64,000 nt of DNA, from positions 9,300,001 to 9,364,000 of the forward strand of contig JBHGNT010000014.1 of assembly GCA_043228905.1 (NCBI GenBank). Reading direction: 5' to 3'. This DNA comes from Azolla caroliniana (taxonomy: Eukaryota; Plantae; Polypodiophyta). The notes under the pieces are model-generated. The model made no database searches and was not told where the DNA came from. It was given only the letters and a program-made list of their open reading frames with translations. Positions 24,808 through 36,583 of the stretch are shown piece by piece. Within the stretch, counting starts at the first letter, position 1. Every line of letters starts with the position of its first letter. A program made the translations under genes and the position numbers.

Positions 24808-27228
24808 CTATATAGCCTCGAATCGCTCTTTTTCATATGCTTCGGCCTCCAATCGGAACATCATCTGATCATCGTTGAAGTCTTCCAGCAATTGCTCGAT
24901 CGCCGCGGTGTGAGATTTCACCAAGGTATGATAATCCTCGGTTAAGTCCGCACGGAGGGTCTGGCTATTGGCTTCATCCATCTTGTAAAATCCTCGTCCT
25001 TCCTTCCATCGGTTCTTGGCGTCAACGCGTAAGATGTGTAGCTCGGCAGCTTGGGCCGCCCATTCTTCACTTGCGCGGCCGAATGATTCCTCAACCTCTT
25101 TGGTGAGGTGTTGGCGCTGTTTATCAATCCGAATTCGCATGCGCATATCGTCCATGCCGGTTGTGCTCGATTGGTTTCCAATTCTTCCTTTGCGCTTTTG
25201 GCCTCGGCTTGGTACTTTGCAATAAGGAGCTCCCAAGTGGCTTGATTATTCTTTGCTTTCGCGGTCACGAGCGCAATAGTCTGTTCGTAGTGTTTGGTGA
25301 GTTGTGTTGTAGCTTCCTGCACTTCCTTTGTCCATTCGTTCCATAGTCGTTCTCTCGCAATGATATTTTCCTCTTGTAATTTGTTATAGGAGTCCGAAAG
25401 TTGCTCCTTTTGCTCGTTAGCAATCCCCCACTTTAGCATGAATTCATTGGCCATTTCTTTCCATTCCTCGCATTGCCTCCAAATCTCCTCGTTTTTGCCG
25501 AACAGTTCCTGCTCCCTTTGTCGATTTCTTTCTTCTTCTTAGAGGATACGTTCTTTGGCGCCGGTGAGAGCGACCTAAAGGTCCAGTAACTCTTTTCCTT
25601 TTGCCTTTAAGGCAACCGAGTGTTCCTCCATTTTTTGCACGAGTTCGGCTTCTCGACTCGCGGCTTGTTCCCGTAGTCGGTCCATTGTCGCGTTGTACTG
25701 CTGTGCCATAAGCTTGGCGTGTGCGATTACGGACTTGAGCTCGTCTTCCCAGCTTGTGGTTTGTTCCCTTAGGCGGCCCATGGCTTCCTTGTGCCATTTT
25801 TCCAACCGCTCGAACCACGCAATTTTGGCGTTTAGTTCTGCTCGGTAGTCTCGAAGCGGAGGCCCTGTCTGTGTTGCCGCCTACGTTGTTCGAGGAGGTG
25901 ATGTGGTGTCCGTCTGGGCAAATTGCTCCATGACGACGGGCGGTGGAAGTGGGGGTGTGGAGTCATGGCTGGTCTGGAGTATTGGTGCCTTGTCCGCTTT
26001 TGGAGATGTGTCGGTGGTGGCCTTGATAGGTGGGGTCTCTGTTTGGGTTGGGGCGTGGCTGGTTTGGGCCGTGGCTACCCTATGGTGAGCTGGGTCGCCA
26101 TCGCTGGGGGTAGAAGTACTCAAGATCGGTTTTGGGGTAGCGGCTGGCAAGGCCTCGTTAATCGGGGTAGGGAGGCTCAAGGGTGGTTGTTGTTGCAATT
26201 ATTGCTCTAATGACGCAAGCCTTAGTTCTGCGGCTTGCCATAGTTCGGTAGCGCTTTTGGCCCGTTGCTGGGTCGTCTTGATGCGTGGGGCCAAGTCCTT
26301 GGCGGCCCGAGTGGTGCGGTCGAGGTCGCGATATGCCTCTATTAAGGCGGTGTTGAGCTCAGGTACCTCCATGAGAAGAGCGGCATTTTTAGTTTGCTTC
26401 TTGCTCCTGATCTTTTGTAAGGCTCGATCATCTTTAGGTTCGAGATCTCCCATTAAAGCGCATTGAATCATCTTTGATTCGGCATGTTCTTCCGCCATGT
26501 AAGCTACGACTGCTACTTGGGCACGTGCGAGGAAATCCATCAGCTCGAATGTCGTGCCGAGTCAAAGTAGCGCACTGAATTCATATGCCTCCATGGGGAG
26601 GTCTTTGTAGCCCAGGACCTCATCCTCGGATATTTCAGTTGTTTGTCCATGCTCGATCTTGCCCTAGAGTGATGCCTCGACTGGGACTATTGTCCAGGAG
26701 CTCTAGCTGACTACTTTTTCCTTCAGGTTTTGGGGCCCTTCGATTTCCGTCGTGGACTTGCGATTGAGTTGTCTTTTTTTGGTCTGCTAGGCGTGTGCTT
26801 CAGTGGCCGGGGTGGTGTTGGTCCCTCGGCCTGTTTCCGTTTTTGGGGCTGTGTTTCTGAGGGTTGCTGATTAGTGGGGCGCGTGCTTGGCTGTGGGGGA
26901 GTCATCGATGTCCGTGGCGTTTTTTGTCTAATGGTGACATCCTCGGTGACGTTGTCCTTGGTGACAGCTTCCCGTCCAATTCTTTACATGTGTCCAGAAA
27001 TGCCCGTTTCTTTTGGGTTTTTGGCGGGGGTGGTACCGAGATGTGGGTAGGATTTTGAGCGGTCGAAGGAGGCGAAGGGGGTGTGGGCTCTTCCCACGCT
27101 TCCTGGTTTAAGGCCAAGAGCTTCTCCCTCTGCTTCCGTGGTTGTGGTGGGGAAGAGAGGGTGTGAGGGCAAGAAAGCGAAGGCGGTGGGTAGAGGACTG
27201 TGAAAAAATGCGTCATCACAGAAAGCAA
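24808..27228 (-). pseudogene. Extra ORF of element I: Pro/Thr-rich plus long coiled-coil protein, broken
   Basis: Consecutive sense ORF pieces 26902..27228, 26723..26905, 26199..26540, 25881..26198, 25575..25805, 24942..25454 and 24808..25236, several with heptad-like E/K/A/L-rich content. Confidence 0.6.
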
Positions 27229-28859
27229 CTTCTTACCCGATTGAAATGAGGCCAGTGCAACACGTACGCCTTCACCCGTGATGATATCCCAGTCGATTTT
27301 GTTTCCCTCATATTTGTGAAAGTGTTTTTAGAATTCAAGGTATTGAATTCTACAAGAATATAAGGTATGGTGCGTTCACATCCGAAGGGCAAGATCACGA
27401 GCTAAGGTTTCAAGGATAAGTCAAACTAAAAGCAAGAAAGATGGAGAAAAGTAAAAGAAGAAAAAAGCAAGCCACTAAAACGCAGTCTGCAACGAACGCA
27501 CCAAATATAATGTGTAAATATGGGTTGGAAAGCTTGTGAAGAGAGCTATCCATAGCTTTTTAAATATTGAAATTTAGATCTTGGACGAGGGAGATATGAC
27601 GATTTGAAGATCGTTGTGTCATAGATAAGAATAGGACTCGATGAAAACTCTAAAAGAAACATAAAAAAGAAAGCAAGGGAAGCTTATCTAGGGGAAGAGA
27701 ACTTTATATAAAGGAAGAAGAGTAAGGTGGTAGGAGGGTCTCTTTCTTGTGATGTTTTCTTGCTTATTCACGTAGTGTTGGTTGAGTTGCTATCAATTTA
27801 TCCTTGTAGACTTGGATTTATGTATCTTCTTTCTCTCTTCCTTCCATCATAATTATTCATTAGCAATAGATCTTTGTGCTTTTGGGTCTGTTTATCTTCC
27901 TTATCTCTCCTTTCTATCATCTCTACCTCATCAGTATTCACTAATAATGATCGCCGCTTTGTTTTGTGGCATACTTGTAGGGTTGGTATGCACGAACACG
28001 TACTCCATCAAGATGCAAGTGATTTCTCCGAATGCCTTGTTGAATCCACCGTAGGTGTGATAGGCCTTATCAGATATGGAATACACACCAAAGTATTCCT
28101 TCAGGGTCGTGGAAGGGGGAATCTCTACTTCATGATCACCTCCTCACTTCAAGTCCAAGGCAGCACAAATCATATTGTTGGTGATTGTGTCTGAGTGGAT
28201 TCGGCGTGCGACTGCTTGGGCAGCAGGGTGTGCAGGGGCATCGATCACCTTTAAATAACCACCTAATCCTCGTTCCTGAAGCAAGGAGCGGGTTCCCTGT
28301 GAAGCTGCAAGAGGCATAATGGACTCGGGGTTCTGTTGTGTGGAAGATTGGGGAAGGAGGATGAGACGAGACTGAGACTGAGTGACGGAAGGAGATGGTT
28401 GTGGTTCGGTAGAGGGGCTACGAGGACAAGAGAGGGCTTGTGAGCAAGAGCGGTGGGAGCGATGAAAGCACTGAGAGTGAGAGGAGGCTTGAGAGCTTGG
28501 GAGCGATGGAGGCTGAGTGTGCAAGAAAGCGTCTGCGTGTGTGGTGTGCTTGGGGTAACTGGTTTTTATTGAACGCCTAGGGTTTTGTGCAAGAAGAGGA
28601 TCTTGGAGATTCTTGGTCGTGGGTGCCATAATAGGATAGTATGGCCACGCGTCCTAGGAAGTTAGTGATGTGCATGTGCCTTAAATACTTAAGTGAATGT
28701 GAAAGTGACTAGTGTGTGCCTCTAAACATGACCTGATTTGGGTGATGTGGTAGGTGGTTTAGGTGGAACTAACTAATTGCTAAAATTATGCCTAATCCTA
28801 CCTAATGTACGCTTTGGAATGTTGGTGGGTTCTTACCGAGGGGGACACGTGGCCTCCTT

Positions 28860-31800
28860 TGTGGCATTGTCCGTGTTGTGAGACTCGGCGAAAGGGTTGG
28901 CTGGGATATTTCCCTGGTACGGTCGCAGTCGGAATCCATTCACCTAGCTTTTGACAATTTCCGTGGAGAGGGTGTCGAGCTGGAACGTGCCGTTAAACTC
29001 GTCAATAATCCAAAAGGGGCCGGTCCATCGAAATCATAACTTCCCGGGCATGGCACCGAGTCGTGTTTGGAAGATGAGGACCGGTTTGCCAATGGTCAGT
29101 TCTTGTTTCAATCCTCTCTGATGTCGGTCCACAAAGGTTTTCCGTTGTCGTTGGCGCTGTTCAAGTTGGGCCATGCTCGCTACTTGGTCCTCGCCAAGTT
29201 CGAGGAGTTGTTCCAACCTATATTGTTTGGATTGGGCCTCGAGGAGCCTTGCTTTAACTTGAACTCAGAGACTCGAAACTTGGAACTCGTTGGGCATAAC
29301 AGCTTCGAGACCAAAAGCCATCTGAAAGGGGGTGCATTGAATGCTCGTTTTGAATGTAGTGCGATAAGCCCATAGTGCACTCTAGAGCTTGTCATCCCAA
29401 TCAGTGCGGTTCTCGTTGACGATCTTCTTCAGGATTGTTTGGAGAATTTTGTTAGTTGATTCTGCTAATCCGTTTGCCTGCGGGTAGTATGGTGTACTTT
29501 TCTTATGTACAACCGCGTAGTGTGTCGTAAGCTCGTGTATTATATGGTTTATAAAGTGACCAACTTGGTCACTAACGAGCTCTATTGGGCATCCATAACA
29601 ACTCCAGAGATTTTCGTACACGAATTTGGACGTGGATGTTGCCGTGTTGTCTCGTAAAGCCTTTGCCTCGACCCATTTTTTGTAGTAGTCTGTGGCCACG
29701 ATGATATACTTATTACTGGTTCGGGCCGCGACTGGCTTGAAGGGTCCCACAAAATCTAACCCCCATTTTTGAAATGGTTCCAATGGAAGAATGGGTTGGT
29801 GTGGCATCCGAGCTTGTTCCATCGGTTGTCCCAACCGTTGCCACAAGTCGCACTGCTGACAGAACTCGTGGGCATCCTTTTTCGTTGTAGGCCACCATAA
29901 CCCACTTTGCCATACTTTCCTTGCCGTGGACTCTCCGGCGTAGTGTCCACCGGAGAGTCCTAGGTGGGCCTCTTGGAGGATGGCCTTCTTCTCAAATTGT
30001 CAAATTTCCCAGCGCCATATTCCGTCTGAGCCTTTGTGGTAGAGGATGTCGGAAACAAGACAAAAGTTTCGGCTTCGTACTGCGAGTCGTTTCCACGCAT
30101 CGAGGGGCATGTGGTCAAGAGGCAGGCCAATACTAAGGAAATGGGTCATCTCCGTGATCCATTCATCTTCTTTGTCGTCTAGTAGCGTTGTGAGATTAAA
30201 TAGGCCGTCATCGGGTAAATCGTCATACGTGGGCTCGGCAGGCTCCCCTGACTCGAGGCAGCTTAGGTAGTCAGCGACGGCGTGTTGGACTCCGTGTCGA
30301 TGCTGTATATGAAAATCAAACTCTTGTAACTTGAGCATCCATCGAGCCAGGCGACCTGTCAGGGCTTGTTTATTGACCAGCTAAAGGAGGGCCGAGTGAT
30401 CGATGTGAAATGTGAATTTTCGGCCTAAGAGGTAATGTCGAAATTTGCTGATGTTGTAGATCATACCGAGGGCCTCTCGTTCGGTGGTTGAATAGTTTTT
30501 CTCCGCGGTCGAGAGACGTGGGCTAGCGTAATACACTGGACGATACCAATTTGGGGGCGTGCATTGCATAAGTGCGCTCCCGATGGCGATATTTGATGCG
30601 TCCACGAAGACGTGAAAAGGTTCCGACCATATCGGGGGTTGTACAACTGGGGCATGCGAGAGCATTAATATCAAATCTTGGTAAGCCTCGTCCTCGATTG
30701 AAGTCCATTTAAAGGGAATTTGATGCACCACCGCATGTAGTGGTGTCGCGAAATCGGCCAGGTGGCGTATCATCCAGCTGTGCCATCTAATTTGTCCCAG
30801 AAATCAGTTGAGGGCCTTTGCGTTCGAGGGTGTGGGGGTGTTTAGGATGTCTTGATTGACGATGTGCCCGAGTAGGTTGCCACTTGTGACCAAGAACACG
30901 CATTTTTCCGGGTTTAAACTTAGTCGAGCCTGGCGACATTGACCAAGACAGAGACGTAACTGGGTCATGTGCTCCAGTCGCTGGCCATACACGGTGAAGT
31001 CATCGAGAAAGACTTGCATGAACGTCGGGATATACTCGTTAAAAATTTCGGTGATGATGCGCTGGAACGTCGCCGACGCCATTTTCAATCCGAACATCAT
31101 TACTTCAGCCACAAAAACACCCCATTCCGTGACAAATGTTATTTTCTCCTAATCATCCGGGTGCATTTTGATTTGGTTGTAGCCACTAAACCCGTCTAGA
31201 AAGTTGTAGCATTCATGACCTACCACCGTGTCAAGAACGCTATCTGTGAACGGGAGTGGGAATCCATTCGTGACCGTTGCAGCATTAAGCTTGCGATAGT
31301 CGACGCAGGCTCAGATTTTCCCGTTTTTCTTGGGGTCGACTATGATTGGGCTTAACCATGTGGCGCGTTTTACAGGTCCTATGAACCCGACTCAGAGGAG
31401 CTTGTCTATTTCTTCCTTGACCTTAGCCGCATAATTGGGGTTCATCAGGTAGCGTCCTTGCTGAATCGGTCGAGCGTCAGGAAGAAGATGGATCTGGTGT
31501 TGGTAGTATTAAGGGTCCAAACCCTTCATATTCGTGTAAGACCATGTGAATACATCCTGGTAATTGGTGAGTAAGCGTATGAGGGCTGCTCGTTCACCGG
31601 CTGGTAAGTTATTAGCAATCTATAGGGTGCAAGGGTTCTCGTCCGAACCGAGGTTCAGTGTTTCGAGCGTTGATGCCTTCACTCGTTGGGAGATGGTGAG
31701 TTCACGTTCAAAAGCATCCCGAGCGTGTCGCAATTCTACAATGGTGGTGGGATCTGGCTCCGTGACCACCTCGTCTAGATGTGTGCTGACGGTCGATATG

Positions 31801-33942
31801 GCGTCGACTTCGAAGAGGGGTATGATAGTGCGATGATCTTCTAGGAAGTCATCCACCTCGTCATCGGCTAACCCGTCGAGCATGTGCACCCCTTCTACGT
31901 ATAGCGGAGAGGTGTTGTGGGGCATGGTTACGCATTCTTTGGTTATGATCCGGACCTTGGTCTTTCCTCCGCGAAACGAGATCATGTTGCGCTGCCAATC
32001 CTGTTTTATATTTGTTGTGCGCAACCATGGTCTTCCAAGTAACATTGGGTAGGCGTCGTGTGCTTTGAGTCGTAATACAATGGCCGAGATAGTGAGCATG
32101 TGGCCTCCTAGAGTAAAGTCGAGGTGGCGGATTAATCCGATGGGGCGAACCGACTGTGTGTCGGCTATCCGAAGCCAAAAGGGGCAAGGTTCCCATTGAT
32201 TTAGGCCGAGTTTATGACAGGTAGCCTCGCTGATGACATTCACGCTAGAGGCGCTGTCGATTATGCACCCGTGCCGGTCCCGTCCTTTAATCATAATTTT
32301 TACGGCTGGATTCTGAGAATCCATGAGGGGTGGACCCGTTCCTGGCTCGGTCAACTGCATAGGTGGCGCACCAGAATGGGTGTTGGCCGTGACTGTAGCC
32401 AAGCTGTCCTGAAAACGCGGCATGAGTGGTAAGAGTTTATGTAGAGGCAACGAGATCTTGGAACTGGTAAGGGCTTCCCACAGCTGGTCATCTTCGGTCG
32501 ACGTGGATGGTGCCGAGGACTGTGGTGCTCTGATGGTCACGTCTCGCATTTTTGTTTGCATCCGCATCACATTGTTTTTGTTGGCCGTATCAATCCATTC
32601 TTTGGCTGCTTGCCAGACTTCATCCTGTACTTGCCATGGACTGGCCTGGGCTTTATTGCATGTTGTGACGTTTTGCACGTCAGCCATAATACTATTCACA
32701 GCGGGAGCCTTTCCGCGGTCTGTTGTTGGGAATTGCGTAGCGTAGTGACCGGGTTCCGCAGTTCATTTTGAGGGGGGTCCCGACCACGGTTGTCGTTATT
32801 CCTTCTGTTGTTGCGCGATCCTCAATGAGAGTTGCACCGATCATTACGGGAATTTCTCTAATTGTATCGGTCATCCCGATCATATCATACCGATCATAAT
32901 CGTCGTTTGCCCAGTACTAGTCATCGCGATGGCGATCACGACGGTCGTCCGATCTCCGTCGGTTGTCGTCTCGAAGGTAATCGTCGTGACAGCGCCGCCT
33001 ATCTGGCGATCGGGGTCGTTCGTTATCCTGGTTTCGGTAGGATTGTCGCTCGTCCTGATGAGAGTATGTATCCTTGGGCTCGATCTGGCGAACCGGGGCC
33101 GTCGTTGTGCGGTTGAGCATATTGTATTCACATTGCTCGACAGTGTGAGATCGGGACTGGCAGATCGGACACTATGGCTAGTGAGGCCATTTGAGGGCCA
33201 GATGGTCTGATCCTGAGCGAACTGTGCATTGGAGGGCTTGGCGGAAGCGACTGTCCTCCTAGGGAAGGGCACTTTGCAGTGAACTCATACAGAAAGTCGT
33301 GCCTTGCTATGTCCGATCGAGGGCGAGGACGCGCGCTATGACTTGCTCGATAGTTTGGTTGGCAAAATTAGTAAGTGTGAGAGTCGTCCGTAGAGGCTCT
33401 CGTAAGCTGGACAGGAATGTGTCCGGAATGTGTTGTGCAGAGACATTGTCGGCCAATTGTCTATAGAGATCCTGGGACCAGGTCATGAACTGTGCGACCG
33501 TCTCATGCAGTTTGTGGCTCATGGAAAAGAACTGTCGAAGCAGTTCTCATTTGGGCACCTCGCGATGGAAAGGTTGTAGGAACTTCGTTCGAACGTCTTC
33601 GAAGGTGGTAACCTCCCCTGCGTCGAGGCGAGAATACCATCGCGTAACTCGTCCATCGAGGGACAGCGTAAACTTGACGATATTTGAGGCATCGATTTCG
33701 GCAGGCGAGAGTCGCTGCGTTGAGTGGTTGGCCTACCAGGTGGACACGTAGGCACGGATGTGCGACTCTGCATCGGGGCCGTCAGTGTATCGTGGGTACG
33801 GATACGACATGGTATCGAAATTTGGATCTTCCGGTAAAACCGGAAAAGGGTTAGGGTCAGGTTGGGTGACCTCTGGAGGGCTTGGTGCAGAGGTTGGTGT
33901 GGAATCAACTCGCAACCAAGTATCGGGTGGCGAGGATTGCAA
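28860..33942 (-). pseudogene. Element I gag-pol (gag, zinc knuckles, PR, RT, RNase H, INT), degenerate
   Basis: PR IIDSASSVNVI..MLLGRPWL; RT FLDGFSGYNQI, VFLDDF; RH FVDASNIAIG..NYSTTEREALG; INT WGLDFVGPF..QANGLAES. No chromodomain. Confidence 0.9.
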
Positions 33943-34133
33943 CTAGTGAGCTTCCGATATTACTTGGAAAGACTAGTCCGTGACCACCAAGTCGGAAGTT
34001 CCTTCGACTGGCTCAAGACGTCGGGCAGGTGGCCAAGACCGCGTGGTGAGATTGGGCGCCATAATGGCGGCTGAAGGTTGCCTTCAACGTAGTTCGATGT
34101 GATCTCACAGTTGTAACCGGGCGTGCGAAATTG

Positions 34134-34629
34134 TGTTATCCGTTCCTTTGGAAACACCTTCGATATGCCTACATGCTATCGGTATCAAGGGAAGTGTAAC
34201 GTGAAGACTTGTACACGGAGGCGTCGTTAGGGGAAGAGAACGGAGAGAATCCACAGAATATAACCTGAGGGCGTATACGTAGTTGAGATCATAGGAACGA
34301 AGGAACACAGATGAAAACAATAAGAGCTAATAGATATGTATTACTGCAAACAGTTATTGATGATTACAAAACACGGCTCACGGCCGGTGACCTTACAGAG
34401 CTCTTGTAACTATGAAAACGACCTCACCTATACTCCAGATATCTCTCCCTCTCTTGCCGAGGTACGCAGGCCTTGGTTTATATACTTTTTCTTCATACAG
34501 AGCCAAGCCGTCGGCTGACTGTGAGGCTCGAAACTCGGCATTTTCCTAAACTCTACCTTCCTCACGTACTAGCCTTACCTACCGGCGTATTACATTTAAC
34601 TAATTTATCTTTTTGTCCCATGGACAACA
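34134..34629 (-). repeat. 5' LTR of element I
   Basis: 496 bp, TG..CA ends, repeat of 24080-24565. Confidence 0.93.
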
Positions 34630-35388
34630 CCTTTGTCCTCGGACTTTGTTTTCTAGATAGCTTGCAGTTTTCCGGAAGTGTCGATCCGACCAGTTTCACG
34701 TCCAACATGTTGAACCGTTGAAGCACCTTTGTCACGTACTTCTCTTGTGTCAACCAAAACAACTTCTTTGACTGGTCCCGGATTATGTGCATTCCCCATA
34801 TCTGTCTTGCTGGACCTAATTCTAAATTCATTGAGAAGGTCCAATTCAAAGCCTTCTTCAGCATCCGGATCTTGCCTTGGTCTCGTCCGAAGATCAACAT
34901 ATCATCCACATATAGGAGCAATATCGGGAAGTCTCCTCCGTCAAATTTCTTCACAAACACATAGTGATCAGCTTGCATCTTGTGGTACGCTTGGTCGGTC
35001 ATGAAGGAGTCGAACTTCCGGTACCATTGCCAGGGAGCTTGCTTGAATCCGTATAAGCTCTTCTTCAGCTGGCATACCAGGTGCTCCTTCCCTTTCTTCT
35101 CAAATCATTCCGGTTGATGCATGTAGATCTCTTCTTCAAGGTCACCATGGAGGAATGTCGTCTTGACGTCCAGTTGCTCTACCTCGAGGTCCATGCTTGT
35201 CGCTATGCCCAATCTCGTCTGGATGGATGTAATCTTTACTACCAGGGCAAAGATCTCATCGAAGTCTACTCCTTTCTTCTGTTGGCAGCCCTTCACCACG
35301 ATCTGGGCTTTGTACCTTCGTGGATTTTCGGCGTCTCCCGTTTTCAGCTTATACACCCACTTGTTCCGCAATGCTTTGTTCCCTTTCG
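34630..35388 (-). pseudogene. Copia J reverse transcriptase fragment, truncated at 35388
   Basis: KALRNKWVYKLK..QLDVKTTFL..LYVDDML, homologous to the H RT. Confidence 0.9.
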
Positions 35389-36583
35389 TACACATTCGCG
35401 TTCAGAAGTGGAAGGATCGCGCATTCCACTTTTAGATTCCCTTTATAGTTACACAATTTTAGCCTGTTGTGAAATATGACATGCACCAGTATCACATGAT
35501 AAACCACAAAGGGTGAATTTATTGATTTATTAATCCGATACATCTCTATACCTAGAGAACATGCTATTTATTGGAGAAAATATAAATGTACTAGATTTAT
35601 TCTTGCAATGTTTACAAATTTAGGGTTTGTTTTTACCGCGCATTCATTTTATACAAATTAATTATTTGACTAAAGCATTAACAAACAGGAATTCCATTTT
35701 CGCGAGATGTAAAGTGCATAGGTTTATAATGGTTAAACTTTCCAAGAGAGGTGTGTATGCGATTTGAGAAATTGATATTTACATATTATTGAATTCAATA
35801 CATAATGACTAATAGTTAGTAAAGATCATTAGGATATAATACCAAATGTATATGTTCATGACAATACATGAAAATTAGAAGTAGAAAGCGTACTCATAAC
35901 TATTAGTTTACATTACATTAGACATACAAGAATATACCCAAAACATATATGACTATTATTAAGGTATAGGTAGTGCTAAATTTTTGGGTGCCATAATAGA
36001 GATAACTCTCTAGTAGTCACGTTAAAGCATGTATTAAAATTTTCATTTGATTGTCTACACATAAACACTAAATCAAGAGGTTAAACACATATATACAAAT
36101 GGAGTACTAATAATCTATATAGATCACACATTGATAGCCCTCCATATATCCAGTCCAAACAACCATCAACCATAGAAACATGATTGTTGTTGTACAATCC
36201 CCTCGAATAAAGCAAATACTCCCCAATATCTACAAATGCCTCCTTCAGTCCCACTAAATGTTATTTACCATAGTTATTCTATAAGTATAATACATTCAAA
36301 AAGTGATTGGCAATAGCAAACATGGAAATAAGTTTTACAAACACAATTGATGGGTAAATATGAAGGATGAACATACATTTTCTTTGATCTTAACTATATA
36401 CTTAGATGATAGTCCAACGAATTTAATAAATATGTGCAACAAGATATAAACATAGGAACACATTAATTAAAACATAATATAACACTATATAAACAAATAA
36501 ATTGGATCATATTAAGAAATAGAATTGATTAAAAGATCATTGATTAGAAGTAAATACATTAAAAGTTTTTTTATAAACTTTAA

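Larger units (their letters stand above)
24080..34629 (-). mobile_element. Non-chromovirus Ty3/gypsy element I (Athila/Tat-like group) with long 3' extra region, inserted in Copia J RT
   Basis: LTRs at 34134-34629 and 24080-24565 (the latter lacks its first 10 nt and the PPT). TSD TCTTT/CCTTT. J reads through across the insertion (SPRTK..EKVDMMK). Degenerate Arg-type PBS TCGCACGCCCGGT at about 34116-34128. Confidence 0.9.

Noticed and set aside
27290-27900. Separate insertion inside element I
   Set aside because: Composition changes, but no termini or TSD could be identified.
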